Source: Camelus ferus (taxonomy: Eukaryota). Taken from it: a stretch of 64,000 nt of DNA. Location of the stretch: NCBI RefSeq assembly GCF_009834535.1, contig NC_045697.1, forward strand, positions 25,670,001-25,734,000, read 5' to 3'. A program made the translations under genes and the position numbers. The notes under the pieces were generated by a model, which worked only from the letters and a program-made list of their open reading frames with translations, searched no databases and was not told the origin of the DNA. Of the stretch, positions 1 to 11,600 are shown piece after piece (positions within the stretch are counted from its first letter, which is position 1; every line of letters begins with the position of its first letter).

Positions 1-589
1 ATGAGTCCGGGTGACAGTCTGGTTCTTGCTGTGTCTTTATATGAAGCCTATGTCTGGTGCATGCTGCATTTTCTATGACCTCTAAGTCATTACTCATCCA
101 CCTTATTCCTATATTATACTCTCTGTGACTCTGAAGACCGCCATAAATATCCCCAAAAAAGAGAGCATATAGTATTGCCACCATCATTGCAAGTTTATGA
201 ATTTTGAACATGAGGTTGCTAGTATGGGTAGTTCCTTTTTTGGGAAAAAACTACAAGCTGATTGAAAGTCAAATTATCTCCACTGGTAACAAGAGCTTTA
301 GGTGCTTGAAGAGCTTCCCAAACTCATTTACCAAGCTATGGAATTCTGTGGGGCTCATAAACTTACCTTCCACTTAGTTTTAAAGTGTGATGTTGCTGCC
401 ATAAAACCCTGTCTACTAATGCCAAGACAGTGGAAGCCAGCAAAACTTAAATCCAGCGTTGTCTTAAAGCATACAGATGATTACCAGCACAGCGTAACTA
501 AAATCAATGTCAAAACCCAGTGAAATTGGTGGCTGCACTTTTCACTATTATCTTACTCTCCTGCAGCTCTGCATAGACATTTTGGGCAT

Positions 590-750
590 GGGCTTTGGAA
601 CTGAAAAGATTAGCTTTTGAAACCTGGCTTATGGTCTAGCTGTATAAATTTGGGAAAGTTATATAACTCCACTTAGCCTTAAGTAATGATACTAAAGTCA
701 TAGAATTGATTCTAAAAGCACAGTTCATGGCAGGTAGCAATTAAAATTTG
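590..750 (+). mobile_element. MIR SINE fragment (degraded)
   Basis: Resembles the MIR core (TTTGAAACCTGGCT...TAGCTGTATAAATTTGGGAAAGTTATATAAC) and 3' part (AGCACAGTTCATGGCAGGTAGCAATTAAA); by-eye similarity only. Confidence 0.4.
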
Positions 751-3559
751 ACAAATACATAAAATTAAAGAGAGCCAGAGCCCTTCAAATTGTTCATCAT
801 AAATATTTCTAAATAAGTCATCACTATATTGCATTATTTTAATCAAAATATGACTATAAAAGCCATGATGAAGTTAGCATGGTTTTATTTGTGCATGGTT
901 TCTTTTGTCCTGTTAAACCTAGAATTCAAAAAGAGGAATGCAATAGTCAGTAATAAAAGTGTGATGCTGAAAATAAAAAATGGAGGGAGTAAACTGCCAC
1001 GGTTTGGGGCATTCAAGATATACAGCCTATTCAAGAGAAGTAGGTCATGATGGGTCATTTCAAATAATATCAAACAATGTCTCTGCATGGCCCTCGGTGG
1101 TAGAACAAATAGGTGGCGGCCCAAGAAGCAAAGATTATTTATAGATTATTTGTATGTTGCTGGGGTCAACATGTAGTATTCAGCATCATCAGTGGAGTAA
1201 ACACATTTCCTCAGTAAGTAATGAGATCCCTGATAATGTGGGCATTGATGACACTTGACCAAGCCATGAGAGAAGGGATTCAATCAAACATCAGAAAGCT
1301 GATTAGACCATTTGGCTTTTAAATTCCATTTCAGCCCTGAAATTTGAAGCCACTAAAAAAAAAAAATCTGTCTCATTATGAGTCTGTCCCAAATGGACCA
1401 TTTTTCAGAGATGTACAGATAGATTCAGAGACAAAGACAGCCATAGACATAGACACAGACATATATCTCCCATTTATCCCACTTATCTCTTTGGTAACCA
1501 AGTCTGTTTGGTAATAAAAGTCAGCCACTTCATCAAATGACTGCACAAAATCAAATATTTCAATTCAGTTCTCTTCTCCAGCAAATTTCTGTGGAACTCA
1601 CGAGTAATTCTAACATGGTCCATGATTCGTTCCTACTGACCTCTTGTTAACTCAATCAGTTGGTCCTCACAGCACAATGCTGCTGCCTCAGAAGACTGGG
1701 GAGCATTTTGTCATCTCACACTAGTTTCTTGTCAGTGCTCCTCCTCTTCTTACAGTATTTTATTAAAATTTAAGCTGGACAGCTACATCCTAAACAAGGT
1801 AAAGGTGATAATCAACAATTCATTTCCCAAATCTGGCTGATTCTTATGCTGAGTTCCATTTAAATGGACCTTTGCAGTCACTGCTTGCCCTGTTTCTCTT
1901 TAGAACTTCTACCTCAGTATCAGGGAAGGATCTGCTCCTTAAGCTCTCCGGTCAGTTTTTACTTCCAATTTCCTGTAAACAACTCTTGTTTGAGATGTAA
2001 ACACAAGCACATACTGACACACACACAAGTGCACAAAACATGATCGCATGTCGGGGAGTTATGTTCCAATTATTCAGGGACAGAGGGAGTTCGAGCAATG
2101 ACATACCTGGTTTACATTAATAATGAAACATTTAGCACCTTAATCTGGAGTCTCATTATTTCTCCAAAAATACATGGAACTTTATCCCAGCCTAGAGATT
2201 TCTCAAAATGAAGAAATTCTGCTGCAAACATTTTTACTATGAGAGAAAATTGGTAGCAACTTTTAAATGGCTTTCTCCAATCATCAAAAGATACTGAAAA
2301 CCCATCAGATACAGATATTAATCTTTTCTATTACTGTCTTCATTTTCATCATGGCTAAAAATGTCATTAAATGTGTCTCTTTGTAATGAATAAATGAAAA
2401 TGCTGCTGTTACTATAGAAATACAAATTCAGAACACATGCTGACTACAAGTTCAAAGTCAATGCAATGAGGCCAGTGATTTCTCACATTAAGAGTTAAGG
2501 TAAAAGGTCACACAGCAGCACGTAAATATCTCAGCATTTTTTTCAGAACCATTTACTTTCTTGTGGTTGTAGCTCTGTCCCTTGTGCTCTTTTCTCCCCG
2601 TGTACCATCTGTCTCCTCTGCTTCATCTCACCTTCTTTCTTTCAACATTTTAAGCTACTATGACAAGAGTTAAAGATCATGGAAGTCATAAAATCTGGCT
2701 TGAAACCTTAGCTGATGTTATGTTCTTTGAAGGTCCCCATAAGTAAAAAGTCTTCAAGTCCTTGGTGAAGAAATCATTGAAAGACAACTTTCCTGGATCT
2801 TTTACAACCCAGAAAAGCAAAGAATAAACTTTTCTTTCTAGGAAACAGCTGAAAATTAAAGTTTAAGTCCAGGAAATGTTCCATCCATTAGAGGTCATTA
2901 CCTTAAACTGGGAATGTTTGGAAACTGCTTGTCCTAACAAGAGAAAATTGTCTCTTAAGCATGAGCAGGTTATTACAAATGCTTCATTATTGTATTTATG
3001 ATACACTGTCATGTCCTTATACCTTGAAACAACATCAGTGAAACCTGAGTAAGCATAAGGAAAGCTAGCTAGTCTGAAATGCTACCTATTTTCATTTACT
3101 AACTAGTATACATCACATTTAAATTTTAATTTTATGTAAAAAATGTGGTCTAATTTAAGTCAGGGACTTCACAGAAGATATGTCTTGTTGGCACCATGCT
3201 TTTGCAACATATAGAGAAAAGAAAATAATCAACTTCATTAAAATAATTTATTTAGCTGCATGAACATAAATGACCAGTTTAATCAACTTTAAACATCGAA
3301 ATTTGGCATGTTTATCAAATTTAAACCTAATATAGATGCAGAGTACTGAAAAACATTTTTATATTACTTTACATATTTGTCATTAAAATATATCTCTACC
3401 CAAATATTACTAGTATACTAGAGGTGACATTTTCCACTGTCTCTATAAGTAATCTTTGCTTCTTATCTTCCATAATTCAGCTAATGGATTGAACCATTTC
3501 CAAATACTTAAGTTCGATATCTCAATTATCTTTTAATATTCCTGTTTCTCATTCTTATG

Positions 3560-3895
3560 CATTAAACCAGTCAACAAATATTTACTGAGTCTCAAGCAAT
3601 CAGATTGAATAAAATTGATAAGACAGATAAGGTCATTCTAGTCATGGATTTTTTTTAAGTTTAGTATGGAAGATGATATTGCCTAAATATTATGTGTGAT
3701 AAATATTTCAAAAAACAAGAATGCTATGTGAGCAACATGTTGCTATATGAAAAGTAGTTCCTTCCAAAGATATGCCATTTAAGCTGAGACCTGAAGCATA
3801 GGAAGAGTGAGCTATGTGAAGACATAAAGGACAAGATTCCAATTAAACAGAATAACTAACATGAATGCATTAAAATTAGAAGTGTGATGAGCTCA
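3560..3895 (-). mobile_element. L2 LINE 3' fragment
   Basis: CAACAAATATTTACTGAG...GATAAGGTC...TTTAAGCTGAGACCTGAAG matches the reverse of the L2 3' end. Confidence 0.55.
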
Positions 3896-3939
3896 AAAAA
3901 AGGGAAAAAAAAAAAACTTTTTGGCTCGCGTGTGGAGAG

Positions 3940-4050
3940 CAAGGCAATCTTGTCTTGATTGCATCTACAAAGACTCATATCCAAATAAAATCACATTCAC
4001 AGTACCAGGGGCTAGGACTTCAACATATTTTTTTAAGGGACACAATCCAA
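3940..4050 (-). mobile_element. MLT1 (ERVL-MaLR) LTR 5' fragment
   Basis: Minus strand reads TTGGATTGTGTCCC...ATATGTTGAAGTCCTAGCCCCTGGTACTGTGAATGTGATTTTATTTGGA..., typical of an MLT1 start. Confidence 0.7.
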
Positions 4051-4929
4051 AGTGTAAAGAGAATGGCAGAGTAGAAGGATGCATCACACCCTGGAAGATG
4101 TCACGGAGGCTTCTTGGAATCAATTTTTTTTTTTAATTTTTCTTTTTACAATAATAAAACTCTTACCACTTTGGCTAAATTTAGTTAAGTCTGATTTTAT
4201 CTGAAGCTAAAATTGCCTAATGATGTTCAGGATACAGGGAATTATTTTCAGAGCATTGTGATATTATCATGAGATTTTAAACAAAGGAGTAGCATAATCA
4301 GATATTTATTTTGCAAAGGCTGTAAAATCCATTTGGCCCCCAAGTCCTCTAGAATTTCTTTCTAAAGATCTTCTAATTTATAACTGGCCCTATTGAGTTC
4401 CTGATTACTTCACTTATACATGAAATGCCAGTTTTAAGACTCCTTACCTTTCCCCTTCAGTCTATTCAGAACATCAGAATAATCTTCCTTAAATAACACC
4501 TAACAATTCATCCTTCCAATCAAAAGTCTTCCATAGCTCCCCATTGCCTTAAGGTTCTTGGAGCCCTCTTAAATCCTGGCTTCAAACTACATTTCCAAAA
4601 TTAAGTCCAAAAGAGGTGGGCTTTGTATTAAAGTAAAAATCGTAGTTCATCACTAAGTAGTGGTTTAAACCTGTGCATTTGAGAAAACTGTAAGAGGAAT
4701 TATTAATAATAATTTATTGGAAGAAACTCAGAGCAACAACCAGTTAAAACTTAAGCATAACACACCTATCTGGTGACTCCTATCCTACACTGAACAGCAA
4801 AAGGGAGAAAATGGATCCAACAATTCCTGAATTCTTGTTTTTCATGCAAAAATTGTTGCATGCTAACAATTGATTAAGAACTAAGGTTAACTGCCACCCA
4901 ACATCATTAATGAAGTTACTGTTTCAGAA

Positions 4930-5090
4930 GCCATCTAGTGTAGGCACTATGCCAAACATTTTATACACATTATTTTATTTAAGTCTAACAATAAGTGTAT
5001 AAGACAAGTTATTATTCCCCACATTATAAATTAAGAAATTTGGCTTTAGAGTGATTGATCAAGTAACTTGCCCATCATCATGCAACTCTG
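4930..5090 (-). mobile_element. MIR SINE
   Basis: AGGCACTATGCCAAACATTTTATACACATTAT...ATTATTCCCCACATT...AAGTAACTTGCCCA is the reverse MIR core. Confidence 0.6.
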
Positions 5091-7417
5091 AAATCCCAGA
5101 AATGGTTCTACTAAATCTTTGACCGTTCGTACTGGGGTCATAAACCTATAGTTTTTTCTTCACCAAAAAGACCTTCTTTTCTTGACAAAACCATGTCACT
5201 CTTTGTGCCTTCAGCTTCCTCTAATAGTTCAGTGCCAGGATTCTAGATAGATTATAAAGATTGCATCTGTTACTGCAGGAATGATGCATGTATGTATGTA
5301 TGTACCATGGCTTCAGATAAAGAATTTTGCTATTAGTATATTTTAATACTTAATATTCAAATAAATTTCAACAAACATATTTTGTCCCAGAAAGGAGGGA
5401 AGAAGAGGACAGTAGAGGAAGAACAAGGTGAGATTAACAGATAAGGCAATGAGAAAGCAGTTTCTAGTTAATATGTATGAGCTATCAGTATTGATTACAA
5501 AGAGATAAGGGATATTATGGTATAGAGATACATGTCCTGCCCTATTTGAAGATAGCATTTAAAGTGTGGTATTCTTCAATAAGCATTCCAAAGTGTTAGA
5601 ACTTTGAGGTTTGAATTTGAAAAACAAAATTGGAAAAGTCTAGAAGGGATTTTTGACTCTTTTTCGAGTCATCCCCTTTCCATTAATTAATTAACTTGTA
5701 GAAAATAAAAGATTATATTTCACAAACAACTGAGGGATTCAATTTCCTTGGCTTAATATAATTTTGAAGAAAGTGTATTTTCAAAAGGAGAAACAAGCAA
5801 ACAGGCAAACAATTACTCTAATCTATCATGTCATGTCTAATCTTGACTCTATGCTGTATTGACTTTTGAAGAGGAAATTATAGTCCTGATATAAATGCTG
5901 TGTTGAAATGTCCTAGTCTTCACAGAAGGGCAATATAAGAAAGAAACCTTAAGTAAGTGAAGAACTATCTTCTTCCCAGCCATACATTTACTTGATCATG
6001 AAGGGCAAATAACAACACAGCTTTATGTTGTTTTACGAAGGCTATGCATTAGTTAAAGGCTAGATTGCATCCCTAAATGTCAAACAATTGAAAATATTCA
6101 CAGGAAAGTGGTGATGGCTGTAAAGAACATTGTAATAAGTTCAACAAAAACTGGAAAGAAGAAAAGATTCTGTCTTCTATGTATATCAAGGGACTAAATT
6201 AGGAAGTCATTGTGGGTTTATAAAGCCTGAAAACGTTTTCATAAGCTTTTCTTGAAGTACTTTCTCAATGATCCAGGTTCTGCAAATTCCAAATGAATCA
6301 CTAACCCAGCACTGTGTGTGTCTGTCAGTGAATATGCATACGATATGGACATGCGAGGTATGAATAAATGAGATCTATATGCTGAGTTAGCAAAGAGTGA
6401 TAGGGAATTGGTACTAATGCTTTAACTACAAGAGCATTGACTTCTGGGGTTTCTACATGCTCTATCTCTCTACTTTTATATTTTCAAAAGCTACATGAAT
6501 GCCATCAACCCCATAAAAATTCAATAACATACATATATCTTGTTTAAACAATAAGCACAGTGGAAACCATTTTTAGAATATATATGTATATACACATTAC
6601 TGAATGTCATTAAAATTGCTTAATAGACTTGAACTCATATATATATCACTTCTTTTTCTGAGGTTTTCAGAGGGTGAGAGTGCTGTTTTGAGCAAGGAAG
6701 CAAAAGAAGTCAGAGGAAACAAAAGTGTTCTGTTTGGAGAAGTCTTTTCTAGGCCTTATTGTGTCTAAACGTCAGGCTCAAAAAAATATAGCAATCAATG
6801 CAGTGCACGTTTTAGTAAAAATCATCCTAGTTCTAGATCAAGACAGATCAAGACACACACGCCCTGAAAAATTACACTCATATCATAATAATTTCTTATC
6901 TTGGGCTAAAGTGTGAGATTTCAGGGAGAGGTAGAAAATTGCTACCATTTTATTTTTTCCTTTTTATTAAAATAAGCAGGCTTTTCTATGTTTAACTACT
7001 TGGTATACAAAGCTATTATCTGTTACAATGAGAAAGGCAATGGAATAGATTGGAAAGAAATACTAATTCTAAATTACATAAGCCAACCCAGAAGACATTA
7101 AGTGATGGCAGCATTCTTGGTGTAGATCAGCATTTCCTGATTTATCTATTAATATCACTGACTCAGTGTATTCCAGAGGGATCAGGACACTTTTCTACTC
7201 CATGAGAAAGGTAAGTGTATACTGGTTTATAGGGACAATTAGATATGAAATGGGGAACCCAACTTTCCTTCCTACTGGAGGAAGAACTGGGATTTTTATC
7301 AACAGGAGAAGAAGATACAAAGGTTGGTCTGTTTTTGAAAAGTAAATACCCTAAATGTACATGTACACATACTTAGTAACAGAGCTTCTGGAAATATTTT
7401 TGACTTTTTTGCAGTGG

Positions 7418-7878
7418 CCAGAATTATTCTGATAATAAAACCAGTCAAATATATTATAGGCAAAGACAATTATAACCCAGTGACCAAATGGACATAGATG
7501 CAAAGCATTCTTCAGGTATTAACAAATAGATTCTAGTAATATATTAAAAAAAAAAAACAACCATGATCATGTGGGTTTTATTCCAGGATGGCAAGGTTGG
7601 TTTACTACTTTAAAGTCAAGTAATGTAACTCATTAAATTAGCAGAAAAAAGTAGAAAAATAGTATATGAGCGTGTCAATAGGTGCAGAAAAAACATTTGA
7701 CATATTCAACCTTCATTTGTGAGAAAACAGCAAAATCTCAGCAAACTAGGGCTGGAAATGGACTTTCTCAATCTGCTAAAGGCATCTGAAAAGCCCACAG
7801 CTCACATCACACATAAGGATGAAGTATTTAAAAGTTTCCCTATAAAATTGGGAGAAAGGCAAAGATACGCATTTTCAT
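7418..7878 (+). mobile_element. Old L1 ORF2 (reverse transcriptase) fragment
   Basis: CATGATCATGTGGGTTTTATTCCAGGATGGCAAGGTTGGTTT (HDHVGFIPGWQGWF, cf. L1 HDQVGFIPGMQGWF) and GGTGCAGAAAAAACATTTGAC (cf. DAEKAFD); ORF 7719 carries LSKLGLEMDFLNLLKA...FPIKLGERQ. Confidence 0.85.
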
Positions 7879-8129
7879 GCTTCTGTCTGACTCACTCTCT
7901 GCCACCCTTCCCATGCCCCTCTGTGTTATTTCCATTCAACTTCATGATACCAGATAAAGAGCCTCAACCCCATTGTCATTTCCACATGAAATACAAACAA
8001 GCTGCTAAATTTATTTTCTTTGCTAAGAACTTGAGATGTTGCAAGAGTATACTCTGATTAGTTTTGACTTATGTGGTTCTGAAATTTCTTGTTCTTCCTA
8101 CTTCAATATAATACTGCTAAAGATATGAG

Positions 8130-8715
8130 GCTTCATGAAGAATGGAGTAGGTACAGACTAAGAATCTTACGAGTCTAGTGTCAGTCTGAGAGCCCTTACT
8201 GAATTTTCTGAGCCTCTGTTTTCCCATTAGGTTAAGTGCCATGAATAAAAGTGTTTTAATAAGAAACAAATTAAGATGATGAGTAAAAAAAGCAAATTTT
8301 AAACTGCATAGTCATTTTTCTCAAATAAAATGCAATGCTAGAAAAAAAATAGAGCATCCATTCTCTTCTGTTGGTAAAACAAAAGAGGGAAACTAATATT
8401 TATGAAAGATTACAATATGTCAGACATTATGCTAGATATCTTATTTTGTTGCTTTCTTAAGCCTGTAAAACAACCATAAAAGATTGTTTTTATATTTCAA
8501 GTGAGGAAATGAAGGCATAGAGTAATTAATAAATGAAGGCATAGAGTAATTAATAAAGTCATTGACATAATATCATAATGTCATTATGAACAGATTCAAT
8601 GATACCGGTTATTATAGGAGACAATGCCACTAAAATGCTTATAATGTCTACAACATAATAGGCACTCAGAAGATATAAGCTTTATCATTGTTAACATGAT
8701 AGTAATAATAATAAC
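8130..8715. mobile_element. Cluster of three MIR fragments (+ about 8130-8310, - about 8395-8560, + about 8590-8715)
   Basis: TCTGAGCCTCTGTTTTCCCAT (MIR +), AGTGAGGAAATGAAGGCATAGAG (MIR -), CATAATAGGCACTCAGAAGATATAAGC (MIR 3' end +). Confidence 0.5.
8507..8554 (+). repeat. Perfect 24-bp tandem duplication
   Basis: AAATGAAGGCATAGAGTAATTAAT at 8507-8530 and 8531-8554. Confidence 0.95.
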
Positions 8716-11252
8716 AATAAAGATTCCTCTAAACAGAGAAATTAAAAATGCTTGAGGCAAAGAGGAAGTATTGGAAGTTCTACCACATACTTTGGAAAGT
8801 GACTCTGTGACTATAGATTTTATGGAATCTATTTCTGCTCCATTGGAAGGGCTGTGCTCTTTCCGTTGCACCTCGCACATGAGTCAAAGGCCTTTTGAAA
8901 ATCATTAGTAATAGGGAGCACTTTACATATATTTATCAACTGCACTAATGGCTCTTTTTTTTTTTTCATTTTCACAGAAAAGTAACTTGCAAGGGCACAA
9001 GGACAAGTTGCAAATACAACGTTCAGAAAAGTGACACTGAAAGACTTAGGAGCCATAAAAAAAAATATTTATTGAAATTCCGTGAATATTAATAAATCTG
9101 AAAAGAATGAGCTGTCATCAAGAGGCAAAATCAAGACACTTAGCCCTACTCTTTTTTGGACTCAGCTCCGTAAATCTGGCTTTCCCAGAAGTAGCCCCTA
9201 GATTTCTCCTGGGACTACTTTGTCCCCAGATCAAACATCACAAGCAAGCATGTATTAAGAGAGATGGTTTGTTTGTGCTAAGAATAAAGAAAATGAAATG
9301 TAACACTAGTAACATAAACCTTGTCAAAGACATTTCAATTTTCATCATTAGCATTAATAACAAAAATGTTTTCCCCATATATAACTATATTGAGCAAAGC
9401 TGTATTCTTTAAATATCTGAAAAGGATAGAAATTGAAAGAAATTGAAAAAAGAGCTAGTTTGACCCTGGAAATGTGAAATCCCAAGTGTCAAGCGAAATC
9501 ATATTTTCATAGCTCAGTTAGGAATCCCTGGAAACCAAGATCTGGAAGAAATCTTAATAGATCTTTAAGATTTTAGGAAGGGTAGTTGATACTGCCCTAA
9601 TAAAAGTTTAAATTAAGAACCCACATATGGCATATAGCAAGCAGAAACCAGTCAACAGTGACCAGGCTCATTTCCAAAAGAATTCAAGGAGTTCTGGCAG
9701 GCCAACTGGATTTATAAGGTGGTAAATTAAAAAATAATAAGACAATGATCTGCCAGCATAAGTCTGATGGCCAAGTACATGGCCATGATTTTGCAATTAG
9801 TGTCACTTACTAAAAGAGCGCTTTCAGAGTGAGTCAGCCCTTAGCCACATTTTCCCAGAGCACTTCCTTCCAACAGTTCTGAAAATTACTACTGGAATAG
9901 TCACCCAACATTAAATCATTCTGTCAATTTGCAATGGTGAGAACCTACTCTCTCTTCTGCTCAACACTTACAAGCACCCAGACAGTACAAAATGTAACTT
10001 CTTTCACAAAGTCAAGATGTTTTGCATCAGCCCAAAGCTTCTAGAAAGATAGAGTTTCCTCTCAGATATGTGTTTCTATCATATCCCATCCATTAGAAGC
10101 AAATCTCAGAGCCCGTCATTCAGATATCTAATCTGACTTTGCCCATCCTCAGCGTGATTAATAAGCTCAGCTTTTCTGCTGTACTTTTTATCTTTAAACT
10201 TTACTTGTCCTGTTTTTCCTTGCCAACTGCTTATGCAAGTGATAGGTTTATTATCAAATAAAGGTATATTAAAAAGTTAATTATTTTTATCTTTAGCCCT
10301 CCTAAATGGTATTTGCATTTCAAAAGATGATTCAAGCTATTACGGTTCCATGGGGAGTGAAGACAGGGAACGGATATGCAAGGTTTTGCAGAAAGCCGAG
10401 CCCTGCCAAAGCTGAGAGGATAAAAATAAGCTGAAGCCCTTCCCAGCTTCATGTGCAAAGCTAAGTACTCTGAGCAGAGTCATCCAAAAAGATGGAGTCC
10501 CTCATTCTTATTCACACAAGCAGTTTGGGGAAAGGGAGCTTTTACTACATTGTTTGATGGTGTGTACAGATGTGAATTGACATTGTGCAGGTAGCTTGTC
10601 ATGTTTTGTGCTCCAATAAAAAGGGTTTAAAATCTCCTTCCCAGTAAAACAGTAAATGGGAGATGTTCCAATGCTACAGAGAGGAAGCAACCATAAAATG
10701 CTTAAAGAGAGAGACAGCCTGCCTATAACACAAGCACAGCCAAGAGCTGCAAAATATACAGGAGAGCGTAAGAGCCTCTCGATGAGGGCTCAGTCAATAA
10801 AGACTCGTGTTTAAAAACCATACTGGGCTTCAGAGCTCCTAAAAATAATGGCAGCTACGTAAATTTGAACCTCTTCACACATTGCTCTGAAATGACACAG
10901 ATGGAAATCAGAGAGCAAATACAACTATTCTCAAAAATAACTTGGAGACTGAGAATAGTACAAACATAAGTGTATATGTAAGTCAATAAATAAACATCCA
11001 AATGTTGCAGAGCCGTCTCCAGACCCAATACCTAAGCAGGGTCAGGCCAAGTAGAGGCATCATGGAAAAGAGGGGACTACCAAAGACCAGTGGCGGCAGA
11101 GAACACATAAAATTACTCCCCCAAAAGAGAAATGCCTGCATGATGTAGGGAAGATACTCAAAACATGACTATGACCTAGTGAGTCAGAGCAGTGCTACTG
11201 AGGAACTGAAGAAGAGGACTTGAATATGTGCATGAGAAGAGTGGTGTTCTCC

Positions 11253-11600
11253 TGATAGGCAGACAGGGTAGGGGGTCCTTGGAGAAAGAGAACCAGGCAT
11301 GACTTTCTTGACATAAGAGAAGCCATTTTGTGATCTAAGTCTGGCCACCATGTTTGCTCTTGAACAGGTCTCAGTAATTAATGATTTGAAGGGAACGAAA
11401 GAATGCAAAAACTAAGACTGTTATTAGACAAGTAACAATAGCAAAGACAATACATCAGTTGTAAAGGCTCCTGGCTCTGTTTCAATAACAATAAAGCTTA
11501 GCCTGAAGCACAAGATCAACTGGAATCTCAGGAATGTTGATGTTGACGTTTTCTGACCTTGGTGACTTCAGTCAACTAAAGCCTGGATTTTGTCTGCCTT
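11253..11600 (+). mobile_element. ERV 5' LTR, U3 portion only (ERV1-type)
   Basis: Begins TGATAGGCAGACAGGG and resembles artiodactyl ERV1 LTRs (GAGAAAGAGAACCAGGCATG...GAAGCCATTTTGTGATCTAAG...GACTTCAGTCAACTAAAGC). It runs directly into pol-like sequence with no R/U5/PBS visible. Confidence 0.65.

Noticed and set aside
7150..7216. Exon ending at a consensus donor AAG/GTAAGT (7210/7211)
   Set aside because: No convincing acceptor or recognisable peptide; isolated donors are expected by chance in 64 kb.
10850..11250. Possible old L1 5' UTR remnant
   Set aside because: Similarity too weak to support by eye.
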